A stretch of 64,000 bases of DNA, taken from the NCBI GenBank assembly GCA_001816585.1, contig MHCJ01000003.1, positions 82,100 through 146,099 on the forward strand. The letters are read 5' to 3'. The notes beneath the pieces are model-generated. The model was not told where the DNA came from, ran no database searches, and saw nothing but the letters and a program-made list of their open reading frames with translations. The DNA comes from Candidatus Chisholmbacteria bacterium RIFCSPHIGHO2_01_FULL_52_32. GTDB taxonomy: Bacteria > Patescibacteriota > Microgenomatia > UBA1400 > Chisholmbacteraceae. Shown piece by piece: positions 45,860-54,599 of the stretch (its first letter is position 1; each line of letters opens with the position of its first letter). The position numbers and the translations under genes are program-made.

Positions 45860-47863
45860 ATGAAATTAGTCATCGTCGAATCTCCAACAAAAGCACGGAC
45901 ACTATCCCGTTTCTTGGGTAAGGGCTATCAGATCGAGGCGAGCATGGGGCACGTGCGGGATTTACCGAAGAAGAAGCTCTCGGTTGATGTCGAGCATGAT
46001 TTCGCTCCGGACTACGCGGTCGTTCCGGAAAAAGAGAAGATCGTTAGGAAGTTAAAAGAGGCTGCGAAGAAAGCTTCGGAGATTTTTCTTTCCATGGATC
46101 CCGATCGGGAAGGTGAGGCGATTGCCTTCCATGTGAAGCACCTGATCGGAGGGAACGGAAAGTTCCGGCGTGTCGTGTTCCACGAAATCACCAAGCCGGC
46201 TATCGAGGCGGCATTTCTCAAACCGCGAGGCATCGATAAGAACCTCGTTGAAGCCCAGCAGGGGAGGAGGGTGCTTGACCGTCTGGTTGGCTACACGCTG
46301 TCGCCTCTTTTATGGCGCAAAGTCAGACGTGGGCTTTCGGCGGGACGTGTGCAGTCGGTGGCTGTTCGTCTGATCGTTGAGCGGGAGCGGGAGATTGAGG
46401 CGTTTGTTCCGGAGGAGTACTGGGTGATTGGTGCGGATGTTTCCAAACTGACCGATCCGAACTCGGTGTTTACGGTTTGGCTGTGGAAGATCGACGGGGG
46501 AAAAGCGAAAGTATCTGACGTAGAGCAGGCAAAGACCGTCGTTTCCGATTTAGAATCTTCAAACTACACGATATCTTCGGTTGAGCGGAAGGAGGTTCGC
46601 AAACATCCATACCCGCCGTTTACCACTTCGACCTTACAGCAAAGCGCTTCGAACCTGTTCCATATGACCGCCAAGCAGACGATGCGGCTCGCCCAAACAC
46701 TGTACGAGTTGGGACACATTACGTACCACCGTACCGATAGCGTTCACCTGGCACCCGAGGCGGTTGCGGCGGCACGGTCCTTTATTCAGAAAACCTACGG
46801 AGATGCCTATCTTCCCGAGAAACCGAGGTTCTATAAAGTGCAGAGTAAGCTTGCCCAAGAGGCACACGAGGCGATCCGGCCGACGCATGTGGAAGTTGAG
46901 CCGGATGCGCTTGATTTTCCCGACAAGGCCGGCGGCGGCCTTCGGCGCTTATACCAACTTATCCACCGGCGGTTTGTGGCCTCGCAGATGGCGGATGCAG
47001 TTTACGATCAGACGACGGTAGAAGTAATAACTCACTCAAAACTGAAAACTCAAAACTTAAAAGTATATCTCTTGCGGGCGGTCGGGAGTCTTCGGAAGTT
47101 TGACGGGTGGAAGAAATTGTTTGGTAAAAATAACGACGAACAGCAATTCCCGGAGCTTGTCACCGGGGAGGGATTGAACCTTGTCAAGGTTTTGTCGGAG
47201 CAGAAATTTACCGAGCCGCCTTCGAGGTACACCGACGCGACCTTAGTGAAAGCTTTGGAGGAGCGGGGGATCGGGCGGCCCTCAACGTATGCGCCGACGA
47301 TCTCCACAATTTTGGCCCGGCAGTACGTTACCTATGATGAGCGAAAGTTTGTCCCGACACCGGTTGGGATTGCGGCCAACGATTTCTTGGTGGGGAACTT
47401 CGATACGATCGTTGACTACGATTTCACCGCCAGCATGGAGGATGATCTGGACAAGATTGCAGACGGGAAGCGGGAATGGGTTCCGGTGATCCGGGAGTTT
47501 TGGGGACCGTTCCATTCAAAAGCGGAGGCCGTGGCAAAGAATGCCAAGCGGGTGAAAGTGGCGACGGAGGCAACGGGGGAGAAGTGCCCGGTTTGCCACG
47601 AGGGAGATGTGGTGATTCGGGTCGGGCGGTTCGGGAAGTTCCTCTCTTGTTCCCGGTTTCCGGAGTGCAAATACACGGCGAATTATGTTGAGAAACTGGC
47701 GGGAGTGAAGTGCCCCCTAGACGACGGGGATGTTGTTATTAAGCGGACGCGGCGTGGGAAGCAGTTTTACGGGTGCTCCAATTACCCTAAATGCAAGTGG
47801 GCGAGTTGGCGGAAACCGACTCCACCCACGGTCACTCCGTCTTCCACTGTTCAAACTTCCTAA
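45860..47863 (+). CDS. topA: DNA topoisomerase I
   Basis: TOPRIM 'KLVIVESPTKA', catalytic-Tyr region, and C-terminal Zn-ribbons (CPVC…C; CPLDDG…C). Carries a ~9-aa in-frame insert 'ITHSKLKTQNLKVY' made of repeat units (47028-47068). Confidence 0.9.
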   Translation: MKLVIVESPTKARTLSRFLGKGYQIEASMGHVRDLPKKKLSVDVEHDFAPDYAVVPEKEKIVRKLKEAAKKASEIFLSMDPDREGEAIAFHVKHLIGGNGKFRRVVFHEITKPAIEAAFLKPRGIDKNLVEAQQGRRVLDRLVGYTLSPLLWRKVRRGLSAGRVQSVAVRLIVEREREIEAFVPEEYWVIGADVSKLTDPNSVFTVWLWKIDGGKAKVSDVEQAKTVVSDLESSNYTISSVERKEVRKHPYPPFTTSTLQQSASNLFHMTAKQTMRLAQTLYELGHITYHRTDSVHLAPEAVAAARSFIQKTYGDAYLPEKPRFYKVQSKLAQEAHEAIRPTHVEVEPDALDFPDKAGGGLRRLYQLIHRRFVASQMADAVYDQTTVEVITHSKLKTQNLKVYLLRAVGSLRKFDGWKKLFGKNNDEQQFPELVTGEGLNLVKVLSEQKFTEPPSRYTDATLVKALEERGIGRPSTYAPTISTILARQYVTYDERKFVPTPVGIAANDFLVGNFDTIVDYDFTASMEDDLDKIADGKREWVPVIREFWGPFHSKAEAVAKNAKRVKVATEATGEKCPVCHEGDVVIRVGRFGKFLSCSRFPECKYTANYVEKLAGVKCPLDDGDVVIKRTRRGKQFYGCSNYPKCKWASWRKPTPPTVTPSSTVQTS

Positions 47864-47982
47864 CACAAAGCTACTCTGGAATTCCCAGGAAATATCGTTA
47901 TCTATAGTACGATCGTCGCATTGATGAGAACATTTGATGAGCATCGTGCATCGTGATATGGGAGTTTTTGGGGTTGATCTTA

Positions 47983-48588
47983 TTATGAAGTGAGTAACCC
48001 GCTTTTGAGGAGTGAACGCCTGACTGCCTCAAATATTTTTTGGTGACCGCCGAGGTTGGGATGGAGGCCATCGTCAAAATCCTCATCGGTTAATAGTTGG
48101 AAAATGTCTAAATACGTAATTCTGTGTTTGGTACACACCTTTTGAAGGATTGTATTGTACTTTCGGACATTGTCTTTGCCGTAGCACTTTCCGGTAGTAC
48201 TTCTTGGTAGGGGGAGGGTTTTGGAGTCGTCTCCTTTTACTAATCCGACAAAGAATATGCTTTCGGTCATTTTCTTTGCTGTTTCAATCAGTTTGTTGAT
48301 ATTGTTCTCAAATTGGCTTAGAGGAACAACCGGGTTATCTTTCGTTTTCCTGTAGGCGGAATCATTGATTCCAACGGCAAAAATGATCAGGTCCGGTTTT
48401 CTTGACTCGGCTTCAGGCTCAAATCTTTTTAATACCTCCTCGGAGGTATCTTTATCTACCCCAAGATCGTAGAGAGCGATGAAGGGATTTATTGTTTCCA
48501 GATAGTTTCTCAATAGATTCGCCCAGGCTCCTCTAAACGGGAGAAAGGCTCCCCATGTGATACTGTCCCCAAAAACGCAGATGTTCAT
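47983..48588 (-). CDS. SGNH/GDSL-family hydrolase
   Basis: 'VFGDSIT' block I and 'DGLHPN' block V. AT-rich gene. Confidence 0.7.
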   Translation of the reverse strand: MNICVFGDSITWGAFLPFRGAWANLLRNYLETINPFIALYDLGVDKDTSEEVLKRFEPEAESRKPDLIIFAVGINDSAYRKTKDNPVVPLSQFENNINKLIETAKKMTESIFFVGLVKGDDSKTLPLPRSTTGKCYGKDNVRKYNTILQKVCTKHRITYLDIFQLLTDEDFDDGLHPNLGGHQKIFEAVRRSLLKSGLLTS

Positions 48589-48658
48589 AACCTCTTTATG
48601 TTATCACGTTCTCCGAATCGTGATGTTTCCAGGCCGGCAGCCTTCTCACCGTAGCGTC

Positions 48659-48693
48659 AAGAGGTCGGACCTCTGCACAAAGGTCCGACCTCT
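48659..48693. promoter_or_regulatory. Tandem palindromic boxes AAGAGGTCGGACCTCT-n6-AGGTCCGACCTCT ~125 nt upstream of nrdJ (candidate operator)
   Basis: Palindromes read directly. A near-identical tandem pair is at 56238-56274. Confidence 0.35.
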
Positions 48694-48820
48694 CTGCCCA
48701 AGTGAGAAAGAAAGGTGATCGATTTTTTACGATTTCTTCTTTCCCTTGAGGATGATCGGATTTGATGTCGATATTGATGGTTGCGCCGGGTTTGAGCGGT
48801 CTGTTATCGTGGTTTATGAA

Positions 48821-51034
48821 ATGGCTTTATGGCAGGTTCGTAAACGAAGTGGGGAGCCTGAGGATTTCGATCCGGCAAAGATCACCCGGTCAATCGTCAT
48901 GGCGCAGTCCAATGTAGGGGTTACCGATGCCGAAACCGCCAAGCGGATCGCGAAGATGGCGGTTTCCGATCTTTCCGATCGGCTGGCGTCGGAGCGGGTG
49001 ATCGGGACGGATGAGATCGGGGATACGGTTGAGCGGATCCTGATTGACGAATCCCTCTATGTGATCGCCCGCGCCTATATCATTGCCCGCGAACGCAGGC
49101 GGCAGGAGCGGAAGGCGGAGAAGCAGTTAGGCGTGGTGGATGATGTCGGCCTGCCATACAATTCGGTCGTTGTCATTCGCAACAAGTACCTTCGCAAAGA
49201 CGACAACGGGCACCCGGTTGAGACGCCAAAACAGATGTTTCTGAGGGTGGCGCAGGCGCTGGCTCGGGCGGAATCTTCGAGAAAAGGGTTGTATGAAAAG
49301 CGGTTTTTCGATGTCATGGTTTCTCTGCGGTTTTTGCCCGGCGGGCGGACGCTTGCCAACGCGGGGACGGTCAATAATCAACTCGCCAATTGCTTTGTTC
49401 TGCCCATGCCGGATTCGGTTGAAGGGTTTTTTGAGGTGGTCAAGGCAAGCTCTATCCTCAAGAAGAACGGCGGCGCGGTCGGGTTTAACTTCGGAAAGAT
49501 CAGGCCAAAAGGGGACATTGTCGCCAGGACGAGCGGGAGGGCGTGCGGGCCGGTGGCTCTCATGAAGATCGTGAATGATGCTTCGGATATTTTGCTTCAG
49601 GCAGGCGGTCGACGGAGCGGGAATATGGTCATTTTGCCGGTATCCCATCCTGACATTTTGGAGTTTATCACCTGTAAGGAGGATGAAACGCTTCTTCCCC
49701 ACATCAACTATTCCCTGGGTGTGACGGGGAAGTTCATGGAGGCGGCGGCGAAGGATCGCAGTTGGAACCTTATCAATCCGAGGAATGGCGAGGTTGTCAA
49801 CACGGTTTCGGCGCGGTCAATCCTTGAGCTTGCCTGTTCCATGGCATGGAGAAATGGGGATCCCGGCTTGGTTTTCTTGGATCGGATCAATGTGGATAAC
49901 CCAACGCCCCAAGTGGGCGTGCTTGAGGCGGTGAACCTCTGCGGGGAGCAACCACTCCTTCCATGGGAGGCGTGCAATTTGGGCAGTATCAATTTGGCAG
50001 CGCACCTTATGGGGAACGGGAAACGGACCGTCGATTGGGAGCGTCTTTCCGAGTCGGTTCGTCTCGGTATCCGCATGCTTGATGATGTCGTGACAGTGTG
50101 CGGCTATCCTCTGCGGAAGATCCAAGAGGTGGTTCGCAGCAACCGGAAGATCGGGCTTGGGGTGATGGGATGGGCGGATGTTTTGGTACGCTTGGGGATA
50201 CCCTACACCAGCGAAGAGGCATTGCGGCTGGCCCACCGGACGATGAAATTTATTCGGGAAACTGCGGAAGATGAGAGCCAGAGGCTGGGGAGAGAGAAAG
50301 GGAGTTTTCCCAATTTCAGAGGTTCGGTTTGGGAGAAACGGGGTTTCAAGCATTTTCGGAATGCGACCTTGCTTACCATCGCTCCGACGGGGTCGATCAG
50401 CATGGCGGCCGGCGTCTCGTACGGGATTGAGCCTTTGTTTGCCCTGGCTTTTTATAAAGAGGCGATGGGAGGGGTACAGCTTCCTGAAGTTAACAGCGAC
50501 CTCATGGAGGCGCTCCGGAATGCCGGTGTCGAGGAGAACGGGCTCTTGGATGAGGTGGCGCAAACCGGAACGATCCAGCACCTTACTAAGATTCCCGAGA
50601 GGATCCGCAGAGTGTTTGTGACCGCCCACGATCTCTCGATCCGCGACCATGTCTTTATGCAGGCTGCGTTTCAGAAGTATACCGACAACGCGGTTTCGAA
50701 AACGATCAATCTCCCGCATACCGCCCGGGTTGAGGATGTGGAAGCTGCCTTCGTGCTAGCCTGGAAGACCGGGTGCAAAGGGATCACGGTTTACAGAGAT
50801 GCGAGCCGAAAGGTGCAGGTCCTGCACGTCGGGAAATATTCAATAGACACAAGACACAAGACACAAGACACAAGACAGGGGAAAAAAGATGTCCCCGTGC
50901 AGGCTAAGAAGCTGCAAGCGAGTAAGCTACTAAGCTCCTCTTCCCTCGAGTGTCCGCAGTGCGGGGCGATGATGCAGATGGCGGAGGGGTGTGCTACTTG
51001 CCCTTCTTGCGCGTTTTCGGTCTGCAGTCTATAG
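48821..51034 (+). CDS. nrdJ: Class II (adenosylcobalamin-dependent) ribonucleotide reductase NrdJ with N-terminal ATP-cone and C-terminal Zn-ribbon
   Basis: ATP-cone '…QVRKRSGEPEDFDPAKITRSI…'. Class II core '…NLCGEQPLLPWEACNLGSINL…'. C-terminus 'CPQCG…CATCPSC'. Start trimmed to Met at 48821. Carries an in-frame (ACACAAG)x5 repeat at about 50846-50877. Confidence 0.85.
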   Translation: MALWQVRKRSGEPEDFDPAKITRSIVMAQSNVGVTDAETAKRIAKMAVSDLSDRLASERVIGTDEIGDTVERILIDESLYVIARAYIIARERRRQERKAEKQLGVVDDVGLPYNSVVVIRNKYLRKDDNGHPVETPKQMFLRVAQALARAESSRKGLYEKRFFDVMVSLRFLPGGRTLANAGTVNNQLANCFVLPMPDSVEGFFEVVKASSILKKNGGAVGFNFGKIRPKGDIVARTSGRACGPVALMKIVNDASDILLQAGGRRSGNMVILPVSHPDILEFITCKEDETLLPHINYSLGVTGKFMEAAAKDRSWNLINPRNGEVVNTVSARSILELACSMAWRNGDPGLVFLDRINVDNPTPQVGVLEAVNLCGEQPLLPWEACNLGSINLAAHLMGNGKRTVDWERLSESVRLGIRMLDDVVTVCGYPLRKIQEVVRSNRKIGLGVMGWADVLVRLGIPYTSEEALRLAHRTMKFIRETAEDESQRLGREKGSFPNFRGSVWEKRGFKHFRNATLLTIAPTGSISMAAGVSYGIEPLFALAFYKEAMGGVQLPEVNSDLMEALRNAGVEENGLLDEVAQTGTIQHLTKIPERIRRVFVTAHDLSIRDHVFMQAAFQKYTDNAVSKTINLPHTARVEDVEAAFVLAWKTGCKGITVYRDASRKVQVLHVGKYSIDTRHKTQDTRQGKKDVPVQAKKLQASKLLSSSSLECPQCGAMMQMAEGCATCPSCAFSVCSL
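50980..51017. repeat. Direct repeat A (last codons of nrdJ); 35/38 identical to 52643-52680
   Basis: A reads gcggaggggtgtgctacttgcccttcttgcgcgttttc. B reads gcggagaggtgtgctacttgcccctcctgcgcgttttc. In the nrdJ frame both continue to encode …CATCPSCAFS(V/A)CSL and end in a stop codon. Confidence 0.7.
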
Positions 51035-51133
51035 ACCTTTTTGGGCGGTTCTTCTTCTTGAGAGATGGGTGCAATTCCAAAATTCTTATTTCCCATCGTC
51101 TTTGATCATATATCCCTTTTACGGCAAATAAAC

Positions 51134-51161
51134 TTGACAAATTGAAAAAGCACGTTATACT
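51134..51161 (+). promoter_or_regulatory. Sigma70-like promoter TTGACA-16-TATACT inside the insert
   Basis: Read directly. Followed by hairpin CCTCAAA-taac-TTTGAGG and the ATG at 51238. Confidence 0.45.
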
Positions 51162-51237
51162 ATCGGTCATTCTTTCTTCCTCAAATAACTTTGAGGAAAT
51201 TTTATAGGCTTTATTGCTTAGTCAGGGAAACGTCTAA

Positions 51238-51999
51238 ATGAATATGAATAAGACGAGCCGAAAAATGAAAATATTGAGTCTTTTTTCAGAAATTCTTATC
51301 ACCATTGTGGTCCTATCGGGAACCGTCGTTTTGGTCGCACCGGCGATAGTTTCCGAGGTGGTCGACGGAAGCATCTCAGTATTGGCATGGGCCGACGACG
51401 ACAAGGATGACGGGGAGGAAGCTGATGATGAAGATGAGCGAGGACGCAAAGATCGGGACGACGATCAGGATGGTGAGGATGATGAGGACAATGAGGATAA
51501 TGATGGGGATGATGAAGATCAGGGGAGAGACGATGACGAAGACGACGATGAGGATAATGATAATGATGATGACGATGACAGGGATGATCGGGATCACAAA
51601 GTTGATGTCTGTCATGTTTCCCCAGGAAATCCGGCGAACGCCCATGTTGTGCGGGTCGATGCCCATGCTTGGAATCGGGGTCACAGTCCGCATAACGCAG
51701 GTAATCCGGGACACTCCCTTGACTTTCTAATGGGTTCTGGTGACAGTTGTCCACGATCGGTTGGGGGTCCCGCACCCACTCCTGGTGGACAGGGAGGTTC
51801 TTCTAGCCAATCCAGTTCGAGTTCTAGCTCAAGTTCTAGTTCAACGAGTGAATCGAGCTCGCCATCGACCGGGCAGGTTCTGGGGGCGGCTACATCTCAA
51901 TTGGCGGCAACGGGTGATGGTGTCCTTGATTTAGTGGTTCGGTTTTTGGGAGCCTTACTTTCGGGGGGCGGGATTCTCGTTTGGAGAAGGAGTCGCTAG
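51238..51999 (+). CDS. Sortase substrate: signal-anchored, extremely acidic (Asp/Glu-rich) low-complexity protein with C-terminal LAATG sorting signal
   Basis: N-terminal hydrophobic segment. A ~90-aa D/E tract and a Ser-rich tract. C-terminus 'LAATGDGVLDLVVRFLGALLSGGGILVWRRSR' is an LAxTG motif plus hydrophobic stretch plus basic tail. Confidence 0.65.
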   Translation: MNMNKTSRKMKILSLFSEILITIVVLSGTVVLVAPAIVSEVVDGSISVLAWADDDKDDGEEADDEDERGRKDRDDDQDGEDDEDNEDNDGDDEDQGRDDDEDDDEDNDNDDDDDRDDRDHKVDVCHVSPGNPANAHVVRVDAHAWNRGHSPHNAGNPGHSLDFLMGSGDSCPRSVGGPAPTPGGQGGSSSQSSSSSSSSSSSTSESSSPSTGQVLGAATSQLAATGDGVLDLVVRFLGALLSGGGILVWRRSR

Positions 52000-52590
52000 A
52001 TGCGAAGGATCGTCCGATTCCTTGCAGTTCTTTCGGTTTTGGGCGGAGCGTTCCTTTTGGCTCTGCCTTATTTTTGGAGTTCGCATAGGTCAGAAAGCGA
52101 GAGATCGCTTGAGAAGGATCAAGCTGTGATTGCGAAATCGCGAGTCGAACGCGAACCAGATGAATTGCCTTTACGGGTTCGGGTTAACAAGGTTTCAGTC
52201 GATCTGCCGGTCAAGTCGGCGACGGTTTCAGAGAACGACTGGGGACTTTATGTTGATGCGGTTTCGTACCTTAAGACGAGTGGAAAGCCTGGAAAAAAGG
52301 GAAATTTGGTGCTCTATGGGCATAATACCAATCGACTTTTAGGTCCATTGCGTTGGGCAGGGGTGGGAGATAGGGTTTTTCTTGAGACTGAAAGCCGGTT
52401 ATTGAGCTATCGAATTGTCGAGAAAAAAATCGTTCCTCCGACTCAGCTTGATATCGTTTTTCCAACGAATGATGAGCGACTTACACTGTTTACGTGCACC
52501 AACTTCAACGACGCTGACCGCTTGGTTCTTGTGGCACAGCGAAGTGCGACGTTTGGAGATTTGCTAAGCTCCGACATTTTAAGTGAGTAA
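52000..52590 (+). CDS. srt: Sortase (transpeptidase; LAxTG-type, class E-like)
   Basis: 'LVLYGHN' (catalytic His), 'LTLFTCT' (TLxTC Cys) and a downstream Arg. N-terminal membrane anchor. Its start abuts the substrate gene's stop. Confidence 0.8.
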   Translation: MRRIVRFLAVLSVLGGAFLLALPYFWSSHRSESERSLEKDQAVIAKSRVEREPDELPLRVRVNKVSVDLPVKSATVSENDWGLYVDAVSYLKTSGKPGKKGNLVLYGHNTNRLLGPLRWAGVGDRVFLETESRLLSYRIVEKKIVPPTQLDIVFPTNDERLTLFTCTNFNDADRLVLVAQRSATFGDLLSSDILSE

Positions 52591-52642
52591 CTTTACGTGT
52601 CTCCTTCCGGTTTCAATCTAGCTTGCTCCAAAGCCAGACTTG

Positions 52643-52680
52643 GCGGAGAGGTGTGCTACTTGCCCCTCCTGCGCGTTTTC
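52643..52680. repeat. Direct repeat B (duplicated nrdJ 3' terminus)
   Basis: See repeat A. An in-frame stop lies just upstream (tag at 52619-52621), so only the last ~24 codons are present. Confidence 0.7.
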
Positions 52681-52707
52681 CGCGTGTTCCTTGTGAAACC
52701 TCCCGGC

Positions 52708-52736
52708 TTGACAACCTTTGTATTATAGGGTATCAT
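52708..52736 (+). promoter_or_regulatory. Sigma70-like promoter TTGACA-17-TATCAT
   Basis: Read directly upstream of the 52813 gene. Confidence 0.45.
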
Positions 52737-52812
52737 ATGATTATTCCCGGACAGGTGGTTCGGGATTTTTTAAAGGGTTTTGTCGAAAAAAGTGTATATG
52801 CGGGGGTAATCC

Positions 52813-53586
52813 ATGGCATCATCTGAAGGAAACCAACCGTCATTTGCGCAAGAAGCTGTGCTTGAAGAAGTCGGCAGGATATTGCCCGATACTGATCGGT
52901 CTTCTTTGTACTTTTCAAACCGAGATTTATTTCGGGCGTATGGAGTGGAGTTGGGGGATATTGCCCATCAGCTTGGGGAAGTGAGCGGTGTTTATCCGAA
53001 GGAAACACGCCTTGCCTTGTCGATTTTAGCCTTCAACAAACTCGGTGAAGCTGGTGATGGACAAGACCTGACTAGAAAAGAACGGTACTTACGAGAGTCT
53101 TACCAGGCTTTGGATCAGACAGAGCAGGGTATCGTTGATGTTCTGGTAGGCTCAATTTCTCGTCCTCCCGAAGAGAGGCGAATGGTGGAGGTTGATCTAC
53201 CGTTCTATGAACAGGTCGTCAGTGCAGTGGTAGGGAAGGATTGGGAAATGCACAAAGACCTTCGTGACAGGATATTTGGTGATGAACAGTTTGACCCTCT
53301 CGTATTCAAGAAACGATTGCGTGCTGAATATGCAGTGATTCAGAGAGAGCAGTTTATAAGATGGGCGAGTGACAATTTCTCGAATGATAATGGGAATCTC
53401 GAGCGGTTTGAGGCCTTATTGGCAAAGTATCCGGATGTCGCTCCATTGTTGGACAGCAGAGTGGAAGATACCTCCACAGAGAAGCACAAACAGGTCAAGG
53501 CGATTCTATACGGGCTGAGATCAACCACTCCACCTCGCGCTGTTACTCCTGGTGTCTATCAGTCGTGGGTACGGCCTCATTCGTAA
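52813..53586 (+). CDS. Hypothetical protein
   Basis: 257-aa ORF. Confidence 0.5.
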   Translation: MASSEGNQPSFAQEAVLEEVGRILPDTDRSSLYFSNRDLFRAYGVELGDIAHQLGEVSGVYPKETRLALSILAFNKLGEAGDGQDLTRKERYLRESYQALDQTEQGIVDVLVGSISRPPEERRMVEVDLPFYEQVVSAVVGKDWEMHKDLRDRIFGDEQFDPLVFKKRLRAEYAVIQREQFIRWASDNFSNDNGNLERFEALLAKYPDVAPLLDSRVEDTSTEKHKQVKAILYGLRSTTPPRAVTPGVYQSWVRPHS

Positions 53587-53600
53587 ACTCTTGAGCCTCT

Positions 53601-53635
53601 CTTCGTATCCTGACGAAGATGCATCTGCTTTTTTC
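53601..53635 (+). terminator. Putative terminator (CTTCGT-atcctg-ACGAAG, palindrome AGATGCATCT, T6)
   Basis: Stem-loops plus T-run 15-50 nt after the stop at 53586. Confidence 0.4.
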
Positions 53636-53761
53636 CGGCCTTCTTGTACGTTTCCCTTGTGTTCTACTGTCCGCTACACAGGAAGCCATACCATTTGGCA
53701 TTGACTTTTTGTGCTAGGATACGCGTGTGAGACTTCTTGAGGAGCCTTAGGAGGAGTATCT

Positions 53762-54160
53762 ATGGATATAGAGAAGAAGCGCGTCTATGTGGTTCCGAAT
53801 GGGGATGCTCATGAGGCTCTTCATTACGGGGCAGACACCCAGATTTTCGTTGCCGGTCCGGACGGCATTCGGGGACCATACGAGACTGCAACACATGTAG
53901 TGGAGCGAGGGTTCCGGATAGTTGGAACTCTTGACCGCTTTCGGCCGCTTCCGGAGATTGCCCAAGAATTGGGTGCGGAGGATTTTGCCAGCCTTCATTC
54001 TCAGCTGAAGGCTGTGGTAAGTGCGATTCAGGGTCGGATGGAAAATGCCGATTTCTACTTGAATGAGTGTGGGGCGACAGCTGAACAAAGAGAGCGAGTA
54101 TTTACAATGGCAGAGCAATTACGTCAGGATGTGAGGGGTGAAACGTATGACAGAAGGTAG
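53762..54160 (+). CDS. Hypothetical protein
   Basis: 132 aa. AGGAGG 7 nt upstream. It overlaps the next ORF by 23 nt. Confidence 0.45.
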   Translation: MDIEKKRVYVVPNGDAHEALHYGADTQIFVAGPDGIRGPYETATHVVERGFRIVGTLDRFRPLPEIAQELGAEDFASLHSQLKAVVSAIQGRMENADFYLNECGATAEQRERVFTMAEQLRQDVRGETYDRR

Positions 54161-54479
54161 CGGAGGTGGCGCACCAGACGGGATGTTTGATCCTTTCTCA
54201 CAGAAAGGACGAGAGCGGGAGCCGCTGGGTGCCGAGAGTCCCGGTGAGGCGGATGAGATGAAGCAGAAGGGCCCGGCAATTTCCGGGCGGGTGGATAGTA
54301 TTGAGGTTATTCCGCCAATCTTTGGTGATACCGGAGGAGAATCAGATATTGATACGGGTTCAAGTTTACCGGCGCCTGTGATAGATGTTAAGGCTTCTCT
54401 CAGTATCCAGGACCGAATTGATCTTGCAGCGAAGGCAATGGAGACCGAAGCCTGGATTAGAATGCGGGACGGCGGATAA
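54138..54479 (+). CDS. Hypothetical protein
   Basis: 113-aa ORF, translationally coupled to the previous one. Confidence 0.4.
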   Translation: MKRMTEGSGGGAPDGMFDPFSQKGREREPLGAESPGEADEMKQKGPAISGRVDSIEVIPPIFGDTGGESDIDTGSSLPAPVIDVKASLSIQDRIDLAAKAMETEAWIRMRDGG

Positions 54480-54599
54480 AGTTTAACGGAGTTTGCCTGA
54501 AGTAAAAAAGTTAGTCCGGCGTCTTCGCTATTATTCCTTTCCCCATAATCAATACTCGTTACTCATTATTTCTCGCTCGGGGCTTGTATTTGTGAAGTC

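Larger units (their letters stand above)
51018..52642 (+). mobile_element. ~1.6-kb insertion in the nrdJ 3' end carrying promoter, LAATG-protein and sortase (integrative-element remnant or non-autonomous element; no integrase inside)
   Basis: Bounded by the 38-bp direct repeats. The distal copy is a frame-preserving pseudo-3'-end of nrdJ. Confidence 0.4.

Noticed and set aside
48590-48820. Cobalamin riboswitch or NrdR boxes in the nrdJ leader
   Set aside because: No B12-box-like GCCACTG core or NrdR consensus palindrome could be recognised by eye. Only the GAGGTCGGACCTCT palindromes are present.
49127-50719. Long minus-strand ORFs (191, 300 and 122 aa) inside nrdJ
   Set aside because: They are antisense shadow ORFs of a GC-rich, well-supported class II RNR gene. 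They show Arg/Pro-rich junk composition.
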